From: Candidatus Falkowbacteria bacterium RIFOXYC2_FULL_36_12
GTDB taxonomy: Bacteria; Patescibacteriota; Patescibacteriia; UBA11705
Direction of reading: 5' to 3'
DNA: 64,000 bases
Assembly (NCBI GenBank): GCA_001778235.1
Contig: MFGJ01000008.1
Coordinates: 61,313 to 125,312, forward strand
Shown: positions 56,890-64,000 of the stretch, in pieces
Position numbering within the stretch: position 1 is the stretch's first letter
How the letters are laid out: each line of letters begins with the position of its first letter
The notes under the pieces: generated by a model
Seen by the model: the letters and a program-made list of their open reading frames with translations, nothing else
What the model was told of the DNA's origin: nothing
Database searches by the model: none
Made by a program: the position numbers and the translations under genes

Positions 56890-58869
56890 TTAGTCAAAAA
56901 GCAAGTTAAACAACTCATCCATCTTTAGCTTACCATCATACACTAAACCCTGTCGAGAACCTGTTTGTGTAAAACTCTTTATATTTTGTTTAAATTGAAA
57001 ATTTAGGCTAATTTTCCACTCTTTTACCCCAGCCTGCTTCTGAATAAGTAGTTTATAATCCTTGTCCCGACTTGCTTCATAAACCGCTTTTGGTAGTTTA
57101 TATTTAATTACAATAGTTTTACTCTGTTTTGGTTCAACTTCAAAGAAAAAACCATAGGCTGATTTATTAAATTCCTTATAAAAATCAACTTCTTCATTTT
57201 TAACTACATCATTGCCTATTTTCAACTCTACAAGTTCACTGCCTTCTGGCACATATACTCGTGTATAACTACGATACCTTGTTGTGCGATAATCAAAAAA
57301 ACCATTATTAATATAAGTCAATTTCAATTCACTTGTATAGCCATTACCACTTTCCGATAATTTATAACTCATTTCTCTGTTCATCACTCTGTCAGTTTTT
57401 AGAGCTGCCAAATTTGCATCTACCACCATCAGATAGTCATCAGGAGTATATTCAATTTTTCCCGCCCATTTTTTTTCTTCAAAATATTTTTGCAAAGTTG
57501 TATCCTTGACATAAATCTGTATAAACTTTTCCTTCATATTTCTGGTAACAACATCAAACAGTTCTTCAAATCTATTTAACGGCAAATTAAACAATCTATT
57601 CTCGAGCTCTTTTGACAATTTGCCAATAATATCTTTTCTGTCACCTTCAGCATCTCCACCTTTTTCAAAATATGCTACTTCCACTTGATACTGCAATTCA
57701 TCTGTAAAATTTTCTTTGGAAAAAGTAACTCCGTCAATGGTTATATTACCAACTAAAGCAATTAGATCTTCTACTAGATTCGGATTGATTGCAATCACGC
57801 CATCAATATTTGCTTCAGGACCTCCCTCAAGATGATAAAACTGTTCAATCTTCTCGGCAGAAGTAGGAAAATCAGACCACCAATTTGCGTCTCGCATAAA
57901 CCATTCTGACATACCAAGATATTTTTTTATTGGTTCAGGTGGAACAGCTAAATTTTTATCTTTTATCTTTACATCCAGATTGTAAATATTATCAGTAGTA
58001 AAACTTTTCAAATCACCATTTTTTACTTTCATGATTCCATAAGTACCGATAAATCCTCCACTTGGACGAAGTTCATCATTATTTTGCAAAATAAATAAAT
58101 ATTTTTTCTCTTGGTCAAGCCCAACAAGGCTTGGCATAACATCTGAAACAGTCGTAAAGGCTTCAAAACCTTTTAACATTGACGGCACAATACTTACCAC
58201 CGCATCTTCAACCGGATCCCAAAAACCATATTTACCCTTACCAATAAAATTCGTATAGGCACTATCAATCTGATCAATTTCTACTTGTGAATGTTTTATC
58301 AGATCACCTATTTCCACTAACTTCTTCAAAATTTGGCTTCTTTCAGCTTCACTAATTTCTGAAAAACTTTTATTACTGGTCTGCCAATCAGCCAAGACAT
58401 TTTCACTTATAGAAAAAATTTCATTGGCTATCTTTGTGGCGTTTGAACCAATAACAATCAGATCTTCAGCCAAATCAACTTCTTTTTTAACAATCGGCAA
58501 ATTGAAAACTGCTTTTTGTTTTAATATTTGTAATTCTTGTTCAGCCGAAAACAAATTATTATTGGCGACTTCCAATCTTTCTTTGGCCGTCTTATAATCC
58601 TTTTGCTCCAAATACTGGGCAAATGCCTGCAGATTGTCTCTCGCATCCAAAACTTCAGCTGTAACTAACTGTATTGAATTCAAATACGGCAATGTTGACA
58701 AACCAAGCAATATTACTACAAGTAAAACCCCAGCCAAAATTAATCCAATAATCTGTGGCAAGAAATGCAATGGCAACAAAAAAAATCTGCTCCAATGAGG
58801 TTTTTCTTGATCCTCTAGTTGCTTTTTTTCAATAAAATTTTGTTTATTAAAACCCTCCATGTATTTCAA
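56890..58869 (-). CDS. DUF4012-domain membrane-anchored protein
   Basis: YLFILQNNDELRPSGGFIGTYG, RDANW.SDFP.SA, DGVIAI, VDANL, YTRVYVPEGS, QKQAG. Confidence 0.9.
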   Translation of the reverse strand: MKYMEGFNKQNFIEKKQLEDQEKPHWSRFFLLPLHFLPQIIGLILAGVLLVVILLGLSTLPYLNSIQLVTAEVLDARDNLQAFAQYLEQKDYKTAKERLEVANNNLFSAEQELQILKQKAVFNLPIVKKEVDLAEDLIVIGSNATKIANEIFSISENVLADWQTSNKSFSEISEAERSQILKKLVEIGDLIKHSQVEIDQIDSAYTNFIGKGKYGFWDPVEDAVVSIVPSMLKGFEAFTTVSDVMPSLVGLDQEKKYLFILQNNDELRPSGGFIGTYGIMKVKNGDLKSFTTDNIYNLDVKIKDKNLAVPPEPIKKYLGMSEWFMRDANWWSDFPTSAEKIEQFYHLEGGPEANIDGVIAINPNLVEDLIALVGNITIDGVTFSKENFTDELQYQVEVAYFEKGGDAEGDRKDIIGKLSKELENRLFNLPLNRFEELFDVVTRNMKEKFIQIYVKDTTLQKYFEEKKWAGKIEYTPDDYLMVVDANLAALKTDRVMNREMSYKLSESGNGYTSELKLTYINNGFFDYRTTRYRSYTRVYVPEGSELVELKIGNDVVKNEEVDFYKEFNKSAYGFFFEVEPKQSKTIVIKYKLPKAVYEASRDKDYKLLIQKQAGVKEWKISLNFQFKQNIKSFTQTGSRQGLVYDGKLKMDELFNLLFD

Positions 58870-58879
58870 ATTTTAATTT

Positions 58880-59677
58880 TCAAATACTAAATAAACTTTT
58901 TCTATGCTTCAAGCTATATTTAAGCCAACTGTGTATATGTTGCCGTGTCAACTTATTACTAAAAATTTGAAAAATTCCTCCTTGGCTCATCTTCATATGC
59001 ATATGAATAGCTGTTATTTCTCCATGATATATCACTTTAAAATCTTTGTTCCTTATTCGTCTACACAAATCAGTGTCTTCAAAATACATAAAAAATCTTT
59101 CATCAAACCCTCCAACTTGTTGCCAAATTCTTTTTGGGACAAGAAAACATGATCCTTGGCACCAATCAACCTCCTGAATTTTTTCATGATCAACATCCTT
59201 CATCAAGAAATAATCCAATTCTTTTTGTATTGATTTAATTTTACCCAAAACAGTTCGGCGATAAAGTGGCGTTAGAAATTTATACCAACGATAACAAGTA
59301 TATTGCAAGCTTCCATCAGGATTTAGTAGCCTCGGCGCCAAAAACCCAATTTCGGGCTTGTCCTTAATGTAATCATACATTCGTTGAATGGTCTCCTCTG
59401 CGACATAAATATCTGGATTTAAAATGATTACATATTCTCCTTCAGATGCTTTTATTCCCAGATTATTACCCGGACCCATGCCTAAATTTTTGGTGGCAAG
59501 AATAAATTTTATGCCCTTGAACTCTTCAGCCATCATCTGAACTATACCATCATTCGAATCATTATCAACAACAATAATTTCATAAGGAACTTCTATTTTC
59601 GATGCTCTGATTTGCCGAATACAATTCCCAACCAACCGTTTGGATTTATAATTTAGAATCACAATCGAAATTTTCAT
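58880..59677 (-). CDS. GT2 glycosyltransferase (WbbL/rhamnosyltransferase-like)
   Basis: ISIVILNY, VVDNDS.D, LNPD, GGFDERFFMYFEDTDLC. Confidence 0.92.
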   Translation of the reverse strand: MKISIVILNYKSKRLVGNCIRQIRASKIEVPYEIIVVDNDSNDGIVQMMAEEFKGIKFILATKNLGMGPGNNLGIKASEGEYVIILNPDIYVAEETIQRMYDYIKDKPEIGFLAPRLLNPDGSLQYTCYRWYKFLTPLYRRTVLGKIKSIQKELDYFLMKDVDHEKIQEVDWCQGSCFLVPKRIWQQVGGFDERFFMYFEDTDLCRRIRNKDFKVIYHGEITAIHMHMKMSQGGIFQIFSNKLTRQHIHSWLKYSLKHRKSLFSI

Positions 59678-59681
59678 AAAA

Positions 59682-60680
59682 TTATTGTTTATACTCGTAA
59701 AACCATTTTTCAATTTCCGCATTTTGAATTTTTTGTTTTTCTTTTCTAGTTTTTCTTTTTGCAATAAATTTATGTCGATTTTGCCACACCTCTGGCAAAG
59801 CTTTCAAATTTCTTGACTCAAAAAATAAAATATATATAAATTTTGAAATTTCATAAGCAATTACCGGAAATAAATAATTCAAAGTTCGCTCTGGTAAATT
59901 TTTTATCAAAAAATACAAATGATTCCTATAAGATAAATAATTTGAAAAGCTGGATCGTTTTTTTCTATTAATTTTTATTTTATGAAAAGTTGAGCTATCA
60001 CTTGCCGCCAATGATCTCTCGTGATACGCCAAAGCTGTTGGTACTTTGTATATTTTCCAACCTAAATATCTCAAACGATATGATAAATCCACATCTTCTT
60101 TATAGTTAAAAAAATCCTCATCAAAAAACTGATTATTTTCCATCACACTTTCCAGAGCTTGCCTACGAATCAATGGCAAAGCCCCTGAAACACCAAAAAC
60201 TTCTGTTATTGCATCATATTGGCCTTCATCCTGTTCACCTGCTCCAAGTTCTTCAACTTTGTGTTTTTTGTAAATATTTATTCCCACAGAATCAATATAA
60301 TTTGTTTTTTCACCTTCATGCAATTTTCTAAGTTTTCCAGTCACTGCCCCAACTTCTGGCATTTTTTCCATAAAACTAACTAAATTCTTCAAATAGTCTG
60401 GTTCCAAAATCATATCTTGATTCAACAACAGCACATACTTACTTCGACTCCAATGAATAGCCTGATTATGTGCCTTAGCAAATCCCAAGTTTTCTTTGTG
60501 TTTAACAATTTTGAGTTGAGGATACTTATCCGTAATATAACTTAGAGTTTCATCAGTTGACCCATTATCAATTATCATTAAAGAAAAATCAGTATAAGTT
60601 TGATTAAACACAGAATCAAGGCAATTAATAATATATTTTGCCCCATTCCATGTCACAAGATTTATAGAAACTGTATTCAT
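59682..60680 (-). CDS. GT2 glycosyltransferase
   Basis: VTWNG, IDNGSTD, NLGFA..HN, LLNQD, FDEDFFNYKEDVDL. Confidence 0.92.
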   Translation of the reverse strand: MNTVSINLVTWNGAKYIINCLDSVFNQTYTDFSLMIIDNGSTDETLSYITDKYPQLKIVKHKENLGFAKAHNQAIHWSRSKYVLLLNQDMILEPDYLKNLVSFMEKMPEVGAVTGKLRKLHEGEKTNYIDSVGINIYKKHKVEELGAGEQDEGQYDAITEVFGVSGALPLIRRQALESVMENNQFFDEDFFNYKEDVDLSYRLRYLGWKIYKVPTALAYHERSLAASDSSTFHKIKINRKKRSSFSNYLSYRNHLYFLIKNLPERTLNYLFPVIAYEISKFIYILFFESRNLKALPEVWQNRHKFIAKRKTRKEKQKIQNAEIEKWFYEYKQ

Positions 60681-60762
60681 AGTAATATAATTTACTTGTT
60701 TACCCGATCTCAATCTCCAATCACGATCTTCAATCTTAATTTCTGTTCTCTGTTCTCGTTTA

Positions 60763-62253
60763 TCAACTTCTCTTTTTTGGAGTCACCCAGAATCCCAAAT
60801 GATATTTTTTACCAAGTGCCAATCTTGTTTGAGCATCAAGCGCGGGAAAAGCCCCAAACAATACCAAGGTAAATGGCAACAATATCCATTGAAAAATCAT
60901 CACCAGCCATCTTGATTTTGGATGAGATTCAGGTTTTGGCGGTAAAACTAATAAACTGAAAATAGCTGAAACAAATATACCTGTCATTGCCAGTCCCATA
61001 AGCCATTCAAGCACAAACGGAGTATTTTGCACCATCACCGAGCTTGATTCGTGGCCCAAACTTGCAACCCACAGAGGTAATCTACCTAAAATAAATATAA
61101 ATAATGGTGCAGTTGCCCAGAAAAACATCCCTTCAGTCGCATTCCACAAAAGTTTGAACTTCACCCATTTTGAAATTTTTGGATGTTCAAGAAATTTCTG
61201 TTTCATATATGGATAATGCTCAACTCCCCAAGCCCAGCGTCTTTGCTGTTTGTACAAATTCTTAGCACTTTGCCACATTGTATCAGCCTCAACATTGTCC
61301 ATTGAAACTGGTACATACATTGGCACCACTTCAAAATCTCCATCATAATGAAAAAATCCCTGTAAAAAAATCCTTGAATCATCAGTAACAATATCTTTTT
61401 GCCAAAAACCTACATCAACCAAAGCTTTATACGGCATTGAATGCGATGAAAAAGTCTGCATTCTTTCTGGTCTAACCAATTCAGCCATTAACCAAAATAC
61501 TGTACCAAAAGCGGTTACACGCGTAATAGCTGGTGATTCCCAGATGTTATTATTGTAAACTACTGCCGGTTGATAAGCTTTCCGTAAAGGATTTTCTGTT
61601 GTTAAATATTTATAAGTTAAATTAGAAAAATATGATGGATGGGCTTGAGTATCAGAATCAAAATACGAACAAATTACATCCTCATATGCAATTCCTAATT
61701 TATCTATTACCGCTTTACTTTCCATTCCTCCATAATGTGCATTTGCACCTTTTCCTTTCATTTCTCCAGGTAAGCCATCTGGATGAACAGTTCTGAAAAA
61801 TTTAAAAAATTTACTTGAATATTTTTTTTCAAGTTTTCGCCAATTCTCCAAAAATTGATCTTGGAATCTTTCTTCACCAGCCAAATGTACAATAAAATGA
61901 TCCAACGGAAAATCATTACGGGTTAAACTGTTTAAAGTTGTATCCAAAACTTCAAATGGTTCCCCCGCTGTTGGCAAAATAACATAATGATAAATGCGTT
62001 TCCAGTCTTTATTTTCTTGTTTCAATTTATCCATCCAATTTATTTTTATTTCCCGCCTAAAATTTTTCCATGAAAAATAAAGCAAAATTGAAAAATATGC
62101 AATTCGAATAAGCCAAAATAAATCAAAAACAATTACAAAGTATATTACCCAAAGTGGTTTTACAAAACTCAAAACAATTGAACCAATCAAAGCAGTCCAT
62201 GCCAATGAGGCTGGAAAAATTTCATTAATTCTTTTTCTAGTTTGTTTTTTCAC
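60763..62253 (-). CDS. Membrane-embedded processive GT2 (cellulose-synthase-like)
   Basis: KGAN, DSD, TDD and QQRRW (D,D,D,QxxRW) flanked by TMs; GTG start. Confidence 0.88.
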   Translation of the reverse strand: MKKQTRKRINEIFPASLAWTALIGSIVLSFVKPLWVIYFVIVFDLFWLIRIAYFSILLYFSWKNFRREIKINWMDKLKQENKDWKRIYHYVILPTAGEPFEVLDTTLNSLTRNDFPLDHFIVHLAGEERFQDQFLENWRKLEKKYSSKFFKFFRTVHPDGLPGEMKGKGANAHYGGMESKAVIDKLGIAYEDVICSYFDSDTQAHPSYFSNLTYKYLTTENPLRKAYQPAVVYNNNIWESPAITRVTAFGTVFWLMAELVRPERMQTFSSHSMPYKALVDVGFWQKDIVTDDSRIFLQGFFHYDGDFEVVPMYVPVSMDNVEADTMWQSAKNLYKQQRRWAWGVEHYPYMKQKFLEHPKISKWVKFKLLWNATEGMFFWATAPLFIFILGRLPLWVASLGHESSSVMVQNTPFVLEWLMGLAMTGIFVSAIFSLLVLPPKPESHPKSRWLVMIFQWILLPFTLVLFGAFPALDAQTRLALGKKYHLGFWVTPKKRS

Positions 62254-62313
62254 ATTGTATGTTTAATTTGAATATTATGATATTTTAGTTGAAATAAGCT
62301 GTTTTGTCAATCA

Positions 62314-63447
62314 TCACAAATCTATCAAAGTGACTATTACCCCGATTAAAAATAGCAACACCAAACCACTTCCAACCAAATAAAATTTAGGCAAGTTAAA
62401 GGCAGGTTTCTGGTCACCCTTGTTTTTTGCTCCCCAAAAAGCAAATACCACTAAAACTCCAACAACACCAAAAGTCAAACTACCTGCCAAACTTATCACT
62501 TCAATAAAATTATGGCTTATAAACAAAAATATCAACAATGGAACAACTATTACCAATATCCAAGCTAACCAAGCAGGGAGTTTGTAATCATACTGATAAA
62601 GTTGCTTCAACCCTATTCCTACAGTTAGGAAACTACTACCCATCACTAATACCGCAAATAAATTACCCATTATTACCACTTTATTTCCAAGTGCATTTCC
62701 CAGACCAACCGTTGCAACTTCTGTTGTTGACATACCTGTCACACCAACTACGAATAAAGCGAATAAAATATAGACTATAATCGGTAAGACGCTCCCAATT
62801 ATTATTGCTGGTTTAATCATCTTTTTATCACCAGCTAAAATTTCTTTAACTGAAAAAATTGCACCTGTACCACCAAAAGCAAATAGCAAAACTCCATAAG
62901 CCACAATTGCCTGTGATAAATCTACTGTTTGGAAATTAGCTATTTGTAATTGTGGCAGACTAAAAGCGCCTATAAACACCACAACAATTACTACCAACAA
63001 CACCATCCAAAATTCTAGGGCCTTTATTAACTTTAATCCAATAAACAATATCAAAGCGCTAAATATAAAAAAAATCCAAGAAAAAACAATACTATTTTCA
63101 GCTTGACCAAATAAAGCCGCCAAAACCTGTCCTTCACCGATTAGATAGGCCGTCAAACCGCCATATGCGCCTATAATCATGCCAAATGAAGCTATATGTT
63201 CCCAATTTACACCTATGTACTTTTTCACCAGACCACCAATCTGATGCCGAAATCTGGTACGAAGCATTATTTCAGCAATCATTAGATTTATAAGCAGTGA
63301 CGATATACCCAAAACTACTATTACAATCAAACCTGGCCAAAATCCAAGCCTAGCAACTACATACGGAATACCCAAAATGCCGGCGCCAATTATTGTGCCG
63401 ACCAAAGTTGCTACTGCTTGCCACAAATTTTTATATTTACTCAACAT
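62314..63447 (-). CDS. Aromatic amino acid permease-like (TyrP/HAAAP) transporter
   Basis: [12 protein letters not shown], about 11 TM helices. Confidence 0.88.
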   Translation of the reverse strand: MLSKYKNLWQAVATLVGTIIGAGILGIPYVVARLGFWPGLIVIVVLGISSLLINLMIAEIMLRTRFRHQIGGLVKKYIGVNWEHIASFGMIIGAYGGLTAYLIGEGQVLAALFGQAENSIVFSWIFFIFSALILFIGLKLIKALEFWMVLLVVIVVVFIGAFSLPQLQIANFQTVDLSQAIVAYGVLLFAFGGTGAIFSVKEILAGDKKMIKPAIIIGSVLPIIVYILFALFVVGVTGMSTTEVATVGLGNALGNKVVIMGNLFAVLVMGSSFLTVGIGLKQLYQYDYKLPAWLAWILVIVVPLLIFLFISHNFIEVISLAGSLTFGVVGVLVVFAFWGAKNKGDQKPAFNLPKFYLVGSGLVLLFLIGVIVTLIDL

Positions 63448-64000
63448 CTTTTATTTCAACCAAGTTAACTTTACCGCCTTTACCAACTGGTTCACCAGAT
63501 ATTATAATTACACTATCGCCTTTTTCAATCCTTTTATTTTTTTTCAAAAAACCAAAGGATCGATCAATCAATTCCTCCAAAGATTTACATGATGGTATGA
63601 GAAATGGGAAAATCCCCCAAGATAAAATCAATTGTCTCATTACCCGATCGTCATCACAGGCAACCATGATTGGCAATTGTGGTCTATATCTACTAATAAT
63701 TCTCCCGGCATAACCAGTTATTGAAGCAACCAAAATTAATTTTGCTTTGACTGAAGACGCCAAAATATTTGAAATCCTACCAACAGCTTCATCAGCTGGT
63801 TCAATCTTGTCAACATAACTTTTTACCACCAAATCATCATAAGCTGAAGCCTCGGTCTTTTCAATAATCTTTGTCATATAAGACACCACTTCTTCTGGAT
63901 ATTTTCCCGTTGCTGTTTCTCCTGATAACATCAATGCGTCAGCATGATCAATCACTGCGTTTGCCACATCACTCACCTCTGCTCTTGTCGGTCGTGGATT
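63437..64000 (-). CDS. pyk: Pyruvate kinase (C-terminal part; 5' end outside window)
   Basis: [35 protein letters not shown]. Confidence 0.95.
   Translation of the reverse strand, partial: NPRPTRAEVSDVANAVIDHADALMLSGETATGKYPEEVVSYMTKIIEKTEASAYDDLVVKSYVDKIEPADEAVGRISNILASSVKAKLILVASITGYAGRIISRYRPQLPIMVACDDDRVMRQLILSWGIFPFLIPSCKSLEELIDRSFGFLKKNKRIEKGDSVIIISGEPVGKGGKVNLVEIKDVE

Overview
AT-rich 64-kb chromosomal segment. The gene content (DUF4012, PEGA, Gmad2/GerMN, CPR-type glycosyl hydrolase, many orphans, housekeeping genes without Shine-Dalgarno sites) looks like a Patescibacteria/CPR (Parcubacteria-like) genome; this taxonomy is inference. Most genes are on the minus strand. The core content is a csoR-HMA/cupredoxin-copA copper operon, tRNA-Tyr/Thr/Asn/Gln, tpiA, pyrG, rplI, ctpA, murA, a dTDP-rhamnose cluster with an RmlD-RmlA fusion, thrS, dtd, dnaE, glycosyltransferases and pyk. 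Four things stand out. (1) A self-contained plus-strand ubiquitin-like conjugation operon (48623-54666): a giant repeat protein ending in an E2-like domain, a JAB peptidase, a ThiF/E1 and a tandem Ubl ending -TGN. (2) An unannotated Asn-rich leader peptide with mutually exclusive antiterminator/terminator hairpins directly upstream of tRNA-Asn, apparently ribosome-mediated attenuation of a tRNA gene. (3) A family of 20-36 bp 'CYTG + hairpin' micro-insertions, seen at both filled and empty sites, nested in each other, in REP-like palindromes and in duplicated tRNA 5' ends. (4) A T-box-like leader upstream of dtd-thrS. All product calls come from motifs read by eye; no database searches were run.
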